DNA of 28,653 nucleotides from an uncultured Planctomycetaceae bacterium (GTDB lineage Bacteria; Planctomycetota; Phycisphaerae; SM23-33), in NCBI GenBank assembly GCA_964461295.1, contig CAYWTX010000329.1:1-28653 (forward strand), read 5' to 3'. Of the stretch, positions 16,050 through 22,808 are shown piece by piece. Within the stretch, counting starts at the first letter, position 1, and each line of letters starts with the position of its first letter. The position numbers and the translations under genes are program-made. Under the pieces are notes generated by a model, which was not told where the DNA came from, searched no databases, and saw nothing but the letters and a program-made list of their open reading frames with translations.

Positions 16050-17019
16050 GTTTCATCGCGCTCAGAAGGATCTCCGAGATCAGATGTCTGTAGCTCATTC
16101 CTTCCTGCGTGGCGATCATCGGCAGGTCGCTGTGCGTGGGGTGCATGCCCGGCAGCGGGTTGACCTCGATGAAGCTCGGGCGGCCGTCGGCGTCGAGGCG
16201 GATGTCGACGCGGCTGACGTCGCGGCATTCGAGGGCGATGTGTGCCCGCAGGGCGAGGTCCTCGACGGCGCTGCGGACAGGCCCGCGCCGCGGGGCCGAG
16301 TAGCGCACCAGTTTCTCGCACTTCTCCTTCATCTCGAAGGAGTAGATCGCCTTGCCGTCGTCGGGCAGGATCTCCACCTCCATCGTGCCGATCACGCGGG
16401 CGTCGGCCCCCGTGCCGAGGACGGCGGTGGTGAACTCGCGCCCGGGGAGGTACTCCTCCACCAGCACGCTCTGGCGGTACTTCGCCAGCAGCGCTCGGCA
16501 TGCGGCGGGGAGCTGGTCGGGCGTGTCGATGCGGGAGGCGGCGTCGATGCCCTTGCCCGTGCCCTCGGCGATGGGCTTGACGAACAGCGGGTAGCGCAGT
16601 GCATGGCCGTCCAGTTGGGCTTCGCTGCCGACCACGAGGAACTCCGGCGTTCGCAGGCCGGAGGCCCGCACGAGCCGTTTGGCGACGGCCTTGTCCAGCG
16701 TGGCCGCGCTCACCAGCGGGTCGGAGAACGTGTACGGCACGCCGTACAGTTCGAGAATGGCGGGCACCTGGGCCTCGCGGCTGCGGCCGGCCAGGCCCTC
16801 AGCGATGTTGAACACGAGGTCCCATCGGTCGCCGGCGACGAGACGCTTGCACAACGCGCGGGCATGGCCGATGCGGTCGGTCGTGTGGCCGAGCGAGCCA
16901 ATGGTCGACTCGATCGCCTCGATGGTCGATTCGCTGTCGAACTCCGCGACGTCCTCGATGCCGTAGCCTTCGGCGAGGTAGTCGGTCCGCAGATCGTATG
17001 TCAGGCCGATGGCGGCCAT
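16042..17019 (-). CDS. D-alanine--D-alanine ligase family ATP-grasp enzyme (amide/peptide ligase), paralog B
   Basis: The frame opens with TTG at 17046 and an ATG at 17019 (MAAIGLTYDL...). ATP-grasp motifs are PLFVKPIAEGTGKGI, EEYLPGREFTTAVLG, SRVDIRLDADGRPSFIEVNPLPGMHP, and the N-terminal Ddl-like DLVFNIAEGLAG. The sequence is clearly paralogous to 14931-16049. Confidence 0.75.
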   Translation of the reverse strand: MAAIGLTYDLRTDYLAEGYGIEDVAEFDSESTIEAIESTIGSLGHTTDRIGHARALCKRLVAGDRWDLVFNIAEGLAGRSREAQVPAILELYGVPYTFSDPLVSAATLDKAVAKRLVRASGLRTPEFLVVGSEAQLDGHALRYPLFVKPIAEGTGKGIDAASRIDTPDQLPAACRALLAKYRQSVLVEEYLPGREFTTAVLGTGADARVIGTMEVEILPDDGKAIYSFEMKEKCEKLVRYSAPRRGPVRSAVEDLALRAHIALECRDVSRVDIRLDADGRPSFIEVNPLPGMHPTHSDLPMIATQEGMSYRHLISEILLSAMKRA

Positions 17020-17071
17020 GGGTGCTCCACATCGATCAAGCCGCAAGGGACGCGGGCAAAGAAGAGACGTT

Positions 17072-17098
17072 CACAGATCACACAGATATCACAGATCA
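17072..17098. repeat. tandem 9-nt repeat cacagatNN x3 in the kamA/ATP-grasp intergenic spacer
   Basis: cacagatca cacagatat cacagatca occurs at 17072, 17081 and 17090 (exact period 9). The 326-bp spacer (17020-17345) has lower GC than its surroundings. Confidence 0.7.
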
Positions 17099-17187
17099 AG
17101 AGGACAAGGTTCTCCTCTTGTCTTTCCTCTGCGCAATCTGCACTACTATCCGCAACTTTCTTCGTCTCCCGCGCTGATTCTTCAATC

Positions 17188-17214
17188 GCAGAGGGCGCAG
17201 AGGACGCAGAGAAG
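17188..17214. repeat. tandem 9-nt repeat gcagagNNN x3 plus flanking inverted copies (atcgcagag 17185-17193 / ctctgcgat 17249-17257; ctctgcgcaat 17127-17137)
   Basis: gcagagggc gcagaggac gcagagaag lie at 17188, 17197 and 17206. The same CGCAGAG/CTCTGCG core occurs in inverted orientation 55 nt downstream and 50 nt upstream. This looks like an array of protein-binding sites. Confidence 0.6.
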
Positions 17215-17345
17215 GGCTCTGGAAGAAGGTCTCCGCGATCTCGGCGTTCTCTGCGATCAGCCCTTCGGTCGCGGGCAAGGCCCGCGCTGGGCAATCCACG
17301 GACCGTCTCTTCCCTGCCCCTCCGCGTCTCCGCGGCCAGCGACGT

Positions 17346-18746
17346 TCACTGAAACAACGGGGTCTGGATGGTCTGCACGTGCTCGTGGCTCGCGCGGGGT
17401 TGGGGGGTGCGGCCCTGCACGCTGGGGCGCACCTTCGCCTCGCGCCGGTCCTGGCGGGCCGTGTGCGCCGGCTGAATCTTCGACGCCCGCCCGCACGTCA
17501 GGTCGTGGACGGTGGGGGAGTCGATCTCGGCCGTCGCGGGCGCCACGTTGGCGTTGGGCTCCGGGTAGGACACGAGCACGCCTTCGAAGTTCCGAAGCAC
17601 CGTGTGCGACGGGCTGCTGGAAACGATGTACGTGGGCAGCACGGGGATCTTGCCGCCGCCGTGGGGGGCGTCCACGACGAACGTCGGGATCGCCAGCCCG
17701 CTCAGCCGCCCGCGCAGAAACTCCATGATCTCCACGCCCCGGCTGATCGGCGTGCGGAAATGCTCCACGCCGCGGACCAGGTCGCATTGGTACAGGTAGT
17801 ACGGGCGCACGCGCATCCGCACCAGCCGCCGGCAGAGGTCCATCATCAGGGCGGGGTCATCGTTGATCCCGCGCAGCAGCACGGACTGGTTGCCCATGGG
17901 CACGCCCGCGTCGACGAGCTTGCGGCAGGCTTCCCGCGCTTCGGGCGTGATCTCCGAGGGGTGGTTGAAGTGCGTGTTCAGCCACAGCGGGTGGTGCTTG
18001 CGCAGCATGGCCACCAGCGAATCGGTGATCCGCATGGGCATCGTCACGGGCACGCGCGTCCCGATACGAATGATCTCGACGCTGGGCACGGCCCGCAGGG
18101 CCGCCAGGACCCGGTCCAGCGCCTCGTCGCCCATCGTGAGCGGGTCGCCGCCGGATACGATGACGTCATGCACTTCGCCGTGGGCCGTCAGGTACGCCAC
18201 GACCTGGCTCAGGCGCGAGGCGGAGATGCACGATTCCCGGTGCCCGGCGGCGCGCTTCCGCGTGCAGTGCCGGCAGTACATCGCGCACGTCGTCGTCGCG
18301 ATCAGCAGGGCGCGGTCGCCGTAGCGGTGCACCAGGCCCGGCACGGGCATGTCGTGGTCTTCCTCGAGCGGGTCGTCGGCCAGGAACGGCGGATCGAACA
18401 GCTCGTGAAGCTGCGGCACGGCCATGCTGAAGACCGGGTCGGTGGGCCCCAATTCGCGAATGAGCGAAGCATAGTACGGGGTGATCGCAAGCGGAAACTT
18501 CTCGGCGGCCTGTGCCAACCCCGCTTCAGGCCGCAGGGAAGGGTAGAATTCCTGAAGCTGCTCCACGCTTCGGATTCTGTGGCGCATCTGCCACTGCCAA
18601 TCGCTCCAGCGAGCGTCGTTTCTCAGCGAGGCAAGCTTGGCCGATGGCGTTACGCCGTCTGCCCGTCCGCCTCCGTCCGTGCCGGCGGACTTAGATGGAG
18701 GTTCATCACTTGAAACTGCGTCCGAGGCTTCGACCATTTCTAGCAT
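17346..18746 (-). CDS. kamA: lysine 2,3-aminomutase (KamA family radical SAM / PLP enzyme)
   Basis: Radical-SAM cluster motif CAMYCRHCTRKR (CxxxCxxC) is present. The KamA N-terminal hallmark is ARWSDWQWQMRHRIRSVEQL (compare KAM DWNDWRWQxRNRI). YYLYQCDLVRGVEHFRTP and PTFVVDAPHGGGKIPV retain the two Asp positions that, from memory, bind the lysine epsilon-amine in Clostridium KAM and are Lys/Asn in glutamate 2,3-aminomutase. M12 (18746) is chosen so the gene does not overlap tetR (stop at 18760); the frame opens at 18779. Confidence 0.85.
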   Translation of the reverse strand: MLEMVEASDAVSSDEPPSKSAGTDGGGRADGVTPSAKLASLRNDARWSDWQWQMRHRIRSVEQLQEFYPSLRPEAGLAQAAEKFPLAITPYYASLIRELGPTDPVFSMAVPQLHELFDPPFLADDPLEEDHDMPVPGLVHRYGDRALLIATTTCAMYCRHCTRKRAAGHRESCISASRLSQVVAYLTAHGEVHDVIVSGGDPLTMGDEALDRVLAALRAVPSVEIIRIGTRVPVTMPMRITDSLVAMLRKHHPLWLNTHFNHPSEITPEAREACRKLVDAGVPMGNQSVLLRGINDDPALMMDLCRRLVRMRVRPYYLYQCDLVRGVEHFRTPISRGVEIMEFLRGRLSGLAIPTFVVDAPHGGGKIPVLPTYIVSSSPSHTVLRNFEGVLVSYPEPNANVAPATAEIDSPTVHDLTCGRASKIQPAHTARQDRREAKVRPSVQGRTPQPRASHEHVQTIQTPLFQ

Positions 18747-18759
18747 AAACACGATTCTC

Positions 18760-19470
18760 CTACTTCTTGGGTTCGGCACCGGCAGGCCCCGTCGTCGTAC
18801 CCGGTTGGATCGACGGGGGCGTCCCCTGGTTGGCCAGGAACGCTTCAGACGCCGCTACAAACGCCTGCCGCATCGGACCCAGACTTTTCTTGATTTCCTC
18901 GGCCGCAAGATCGATCATCGCAAACGAAAGGAAGCCGGAAACAAACCCGGCTATCGCGTACGTCAGCCTCTGCACCTTCTTGCGGTCAAGTTGCAGCACA
19001 AAGGGCGTAAGGAAGTTCTCGATCTCGGTGAGATACCGCCGGTACGGCTGTTCCAGGTCCTCGATGGCTTCGCGCTGCAACTTCAGCAGCAACCTGCCCT
19101 GGAACAACAGGACGAACGCGTCGCGGCTGGTCTGCGAGAAGTCCCAATGCACCAGCAGCAGGCGGTCGAGGGCTTCAGGCAAGTTGCGCGGGGCAGGCTT
19201 GTGGTCGGAAAGTGCCGTAAGCAGAAGAGTTACCACGTCATCCACCAAAGCCACCATCAACTCCTCCCTGCAAGAGAAGTGCCGGTAGAAAGTCCCCTTG
19301 CCCAGGTCGGCCGCTTCGGTGATCTCTTCGATCGTGGTCGCGTCGGAGCCCTTGTCGGCGAACTTGCGGAGCGCTGCGTCCAGCAACCGCTTGCGGGTGC
19401 GTGAGGTACGTCGCGCGGAGCGTGTCTTGCGTGCTTCAGATTGTTCCACTGCAATCGCCATTTCGACCAA
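18760..19470 (-). CDS. TetR/AcrR family transcriptional regulator
   Basis: 236 aa. The N-terminal HTH is RKRLLDAALRKFADKGSDATTIEEITEAADLGKGTFYRHFSCREEL (the classic TetR_N signature ...T(V/I)xxIAxxAGVSxGTxYxHF), followed by a ~180-aa helical ligand-binding domain. The start is TTG 19470 or ATG 19461. It lies immediately upstream of kamA on the same strand. Confidence 0.85.
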   Translation of the reverse strand: MVEMAIAVEQSEARKTRSARRTSRTRKRLLDAALRKFADKGSDATTIEEITEAADLGKGTFYRHFSCREELMVALVDDVVTLLLTALSDHKPAPRNLPEALDRLLLVHWDFSQTSRDAFVLLFQGRLLLKLQREAIEDLEQPYRRYLTEIENFLTPFVLQLDRKKVQRLTYAIAGFVSGFLSFAMIDLAAEEIKKSLGPMRQAFVAASEAFLANQGTPPSIQPGTTTGPAGAEPKK

Positions 19471-19950
19471 TCGTTAGGAGATTATCGTCATGTCTGACCG
19501 AGTAGTCAAGAGTGACTTTGCGGTCGCAAGAGATTTTTCTTGTCTTCTCCCCCCAAGCCGCTGAAGTGGGAGGCGATGGTACCCCCAAAGCGTAGGGGGG
19601 GAAGCGGGGGACGCCAAGATGTGGCGACGCGGAGAAGCGAGCGACGCCGAGACACAGGGACGGGCAGACTCGGGATCCCTGGCCGCTCTGGCCATCCCAT
19701 CCACGGCTGGCAAGACCAGTGGGAGTCCGTAAGAGGTAACACTTCACCCCTCTGCAACGAATTGTGCGGGTGGCGGCGGGAGTTGGCCAGTCGTCAGGTA
19801 GGTCCGCAAGGCCGAATCCATCGTGGCCAACGGGTCCTGCCCACGCAACTTCAACGTTCGGTACACGCCCATCAGGACGGCTCTGAAAGGGCAGCAGAAC
19901 GTTGGCCCTTATATCGCCCTTACAGGGCTGACCACCACACACCACCATTT

Positions 19951-19995
19951 CCCAGGGCGTTGCCCTGGGCTGTCATATCCCAGCCCTTCAGGCTG
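19951..19995 (-). terminator. two GC-rich hairpins immediately downstream of the SPFH gene stop (possible factor-independent terminator of the ESCRT-like operon)
   Basis: cccagggc-gtt-gccctggg (8-bp stem, 19951-19969) and cagcc-cttca-ggctg (5-bp stem, 19981-19995) lie 50-95 nt below the stop at 20045 on the transcribed strand. The trailing sequence (gggaaauggugguguguggugg) is only weakly U-rich. Confidence 0.3.
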
Positions 19996-20044
19996 AAGAA
20001 TCCGACGCCTTCTTGCCTGCTGCCTATCCGGCGGCCCGCAACCG

Positions 20045-21955
20045 CTACTGCCTCTTGCCGCAAGCGGGGCAGAAGCCTCCGCCGGATTCCAGGGCGGCGC
20101 CGCAGTGGCGGCACCTGGCGCCCGCGCCGATGACCACCGGCGTGCCGGCCAGGCCGGCGACCACCATCGGTTGCGGCGCGGCGCGGCGCCCGGCCGCGGC
20201 CGCCGTCACCGCCGCCACCACCTGCTCCAGCGATGTCTTCATCAGCCGCTCCATGCGGTCGGCGTGCGAATCGGCCATCTGCTTCTGGTCGGCAAGCTGT
20301 TTCTCCAACGCGGCGGCCCGCTCCCCCGAGATCGCGCCCTCGTCGCGGTACTTCTGGGTCAGCGCCCTGGCCGCCTCCGGCGAGGCCGCCGCCGCCAACG
20401 CCAGAATCTGATCCGGCGTCATGTTCTGCTGCGCACGCACCCGCTCCAGCTCGACGATCCTCTCGGCGGCCGGGCCGTCCACAATCGCCATGATCGCCCG
20501 CGACGTGCTCTTGCTCAGCGCCTCCAGCCGCGCCGCCTCACGCTTCTGCTCGCGGTCCAGCGCGTCCTGTTCAACGGCCACCGTCTCCCGCAGCAGCCGC
20601 TGGCCCAGCTCCGCCTCCGCCTTGTCCCGCGCGAACTCGTCCCACTCGACCTTCTTCTTCAGGGCGTGCTCGGCCTCCTCCTGCCGCAGCTTCTCGCCGT
20701 GCTCCAATCGGCCCATCTCCAGCCGCACCTTGCCCTGTTCGGCCTCGCCCTTTGCCGCATCCAGGCGCCGCTGAAGACCGCGCATCTGCCGTTCGTCCTG
20801 CCGCCTTTCGTCGTGCAGCAGCGCTTCCCACTGCTTGGCCCGCTCGGCGCCGTCCTGAAGCGTCTCGATCTCGATCCGCCGCAGGATGCCCTCGCGGCCG
20901 CGCTCGAACTCCAGCCTTGCCGCCAGCCGCGCCATCTCGTCGCCCCGGATGACTTCCCGGAGCCCCAGTTCGTGCTCGGTCTGGCGGATGAACTGCTCGA
21001 GGTCCTTGCCCGTCTTGAACTCGTGCATCTTGTCCGTCGAGAACGTCTCCCGCAGGCGCTGGGCCAGCCTCGTCCGCTGCTCGGTGACGTCGGCCTCGCG
21101 ATCGGCAAAGCCCGCGCTCCGCTGCTTGTCGGCCAGGTCCGCCTCCCGCCGGCGAATCCTCTCGTAGGCCTCGCCGGCGAAGCTGACGAAGCGGATCTGC
21201 ACCAGCTCCAGCCCCATGCGCCGCAGCGTGGGCGCCACCGCCTGGCGAAGGTCTTCCTCGATCCGCGCGCGGATGGCGGGGTCGGTGAACAGCCGCTCGG
21301 CAGGATGCCGGCCGGCAATGCCCGCCAGGAGCATCTGGACCTCGTCGGCAAGTTGCTGCTCCATCTCGGCGACCGTCAGGACGTTGCGGCCCTTGAACAG
21401 GTTGACGTACAGCGCGTCCATGTCGGCGATGCGAAAGACGAGCCGCTCCACGCTGCCGACCTCGATCTTGTCGGCCGTCCACAGGCCGCCGTTCTCCAGG
21501 TCGATCGTCACGTCGCCGGCGTCGATGAGGACCACGGATGCGTCCTGATCGATCATGAAATGGTTGAGCCGGTTGAGGAACCCGCCCATGTCATGCCGGC
21601 CGGCCGGCAGTTCGGCGCGGAACCTGCCGGCCTGGAAGAGCAGCGCTCGCGTACCGTGGTCGATCACCAGCGGCTTGGCCAGCCAACCCTTGACATCCTG
21701 GTTGTCCACCCGGACGGCGAAGTCGCCGTCGCGGCGCGACCAGCGGTCGTTGAGCAGCGTCGGCTTGGCCACCTGCGACAGGTCGGCGCCGCAACGCCAG
21801 CAGAACTTGCTCGTCCGGGCCACCTCCGCGGCGCAGGACCCGCACTGCGTGAGTCCCTTGGGCCCCACGGCCCCGCACTTGGGGCAGAACTGCGAGCCCT
21901 TGCGCACGCGATAGTCGCATTCCCGATTCACGCACCGGTTCGTGAACAATCCCAT
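20045..21955 (-). CDS. double zinc-ribbon + SPFH/Band-7 (flotillin/YdjI-like) domain protein with long E/R-rich coiled coil and C-terminal zinc ribbon
   Basis: 636 aa. The N-terminus has CPKCGA...CGSCAA...CWRCGA (two C-x2-C pairs). A Band_7_1/SPFH-like core follows (RHDMGGFLNRLNHFMIDQDASVVLIDAGDVTIDLENGGLWTADKIEVGSVERLVFRIADMDALYVNLFKG ... LVQIRFVSFA). It then has ~250 aa of charged coiled coil, and the C-terminal zinc ribbon is CRHCGAALESGGGFCPACGKR. AAGGAG lies at 21962-21967 (minus sense), 6 nt before the ATG. Confidence 0.7.
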   Translation of the reverse strand: MGLFTNRCVNRECDYRVRKGSQFCPKCGAVGPKGLTQCGSCAAEVARTSKFCWRCGADLSQVAKPTLLNDRWSRRDGDFAVRVDNQDVKGWLAKPLVIDHGTRALLFQAGRFRAELPAGRHDMGGFLNRLNHFMIDQDASVVLIDAGDVTIDLENGGLWTADKIEVGSVERLVFRIADMDALYVNLFKGRNVLTVAEMEQQLADEVQMLLAGIAGRHPAERLFTDPAIRARIEEDLRQAVAPTLRRMGLELVQIRFVSFAGEAYERIRRREADLADKQRSAGFADREADVTEQRTRLAQRLRETFSTDKMHEFKTGKDLEQFIRQTEHELGLREVIRGDEMARLAARLEFERGREGILRRIEIETLQDGAERAKQWEALLHDERRQDERQMRGLQRRLDAAKGEAEQGKVRLEMGRLEHGEKLRQEEAEHALKKKVEWDEFARDKAEAELGQRLLRETVAVEQDALDREQKREAARLEALSKSTSRAIMAIVDGPAAERIVELERVRAQQNMTPDQILALAAAASPEAARALTQKYRDEGAISGERAAALEKQLADQKQMADSHADRMERLMKTSLEQVVAAVTAAAAGRRAAPQPMVVAGLAGTPVVIGAGARCRHCGAALESGGGFCPACGKRQ

Positions 21956-21961
21956 GGCATT

Positions 21962-21967
21962 CTCCTT
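21962..21967 (-). promoter_or_regulatory. Shine-Dalgarno AAGGAG for the SPFH/zinc-ribbon gene
   Basis: The minus-strand sequence is gcAAAGGAGaatgccATG. The SD is the reverse complement of ctcctt at 21962-21967, with a 6-nt spacer to the start at 21955. Confidence 0.55.
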
Positions 21968-22083
21968 TGCGGCCGCGGCTTTCCGTCGGCCAGCCGTCGG
22001 CCTGACTCACAGCCGCGACACAAGGCCGCGGACGCCTTCCGTAGATCGTCGCCCCAAGCCCGCCACGCCTCGATTGCGAAGCA

Positions 22084-22743
22084 TCACAGCGGACGCATGG
22101 CGTGTTTGATGATCCGCACGATACCGCGCAGGATCGCCATGGCGATCAGGAACGCCACCAGGGCCGCGACGATCACCAGGGGGTACCGCCAGAACTGGCT
22201 CACGGCTTCCGACCAGTGCATGTACGCGTCGCCCTCGACCGGCCCGCTGCTCCAGACGATCTGCCCGGTTTCCACGGCCGCCAGATGCACGGAGACCTTG
22301 ACGCGCCCGCGGATGCTCCACATGTTGACGGACTCATCCCAGATTCGCCCGTACAGGATCGCGCTGACGCCCTGAATCCTGCCGAACTTCTGGATCGTCG
22401 CGGCGTCCATGATGTCCTTCTGGCGAACGCCGCGCTCGATCTCCGCCACCAGCTTCTTCCACGTCTCGTCGTTCCTGGTGAACAGGCTCAGGTCGGTGCG
22501 GGTCACGGCCGTCTTCAGCAGGTTCGTGACGTACTCCTCCTTGTCGCCCTCGACAGGCAGGACGGCGACGCTGCCGGTCTTGGGGGCAAGCCGGGCCGCC
22601 CGCAGCGACTGCTCGATCTGCGCGACGGCCTTCTCCGAAGCTCGCTGGAGGGTCTCGCGCTCATTGCCCGCGGCGGGAGCGGCCAAGGCCGCCAGGACGA
22701 CCGTCGCCGCCACGCCCGCGATCGTTGCACGCGTCATCATCAT
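22084..22743 (-). CDS. periplasmic CsgG/LpoB/TolB-N-like domain protein with signal peptide and C-terminal transmembrane anchor
   Basis: 219 aa; starts at an ATGATGATG triplet. The signal peptide is MMMTRATIAGVAATVVLAALAAPAAG. The core GSVAVLPVEGDKEEYVTNLLKTAVTRTDLSLFTRNDETWKKLVAEIERG...IQKFGRIQGVSAILYGRIWDES follows the VAVLPF...L...L...F.VVER..L..I..E......A..iGk.lGAD.vl.G.I pattern of the CsgG/LpoB-like fold. The C-terminal hydrophobic helix is YPLVIVAALVAFLIAMAILRGIV. The rest of track ORF 22084-24033 upstream of Met431 is discarded. Confidence 0.5.
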   Translation of the reverse strand: MMMTRATIAGVAATVVLAALAAPAAGNERETLQRASEKAVAQIEQSLRAARLAPKTGSVAVLPVEGDKEEYVTNLLKTAVTRTDLSLFTRNDETWKKLVAEIERGVRQKDIMDAATIQKFGRIQGVSAILYGRIWDESVNMWSIRGRVKVSVHLAAVETGQIVWSSGPVEGDAYMHWSEAVSQFWRYPLVIVAALVAFLIAMAILRGIVRIIKHAMRPL

Positions 22744-22808
22744 CGCTTCGTCTCCTTGGGTTTCCCGTTCATCGCGGCGCCTCTTGCCGCCGCCGGACCG
22801 ATGGACAC

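Noticed and set aside
17346-18779. KamA start at the first ATG of the frame (18779), overlapping tetR by 20 nt.
   Set aside because: M12 (18746) removes the overlap and still precedes the conserved W-x-DWxWQ block by ~50 aa. The upstream 11 codons are likely non-coding. This is not certain; the 18779 start remains possible.
19488-19562. 24-codon plus-strand mini-ORF (MSDRVVKSDFAVARDFSCLLPPSR) with an AGGAGA SD, opposite the tetR start.
   Set aside because: It is very short, has no conservation evidence, and lies in the tetR promoter region, where the AGGAGA is equally explained as chance. It is not reportable as a gene without comparative support.
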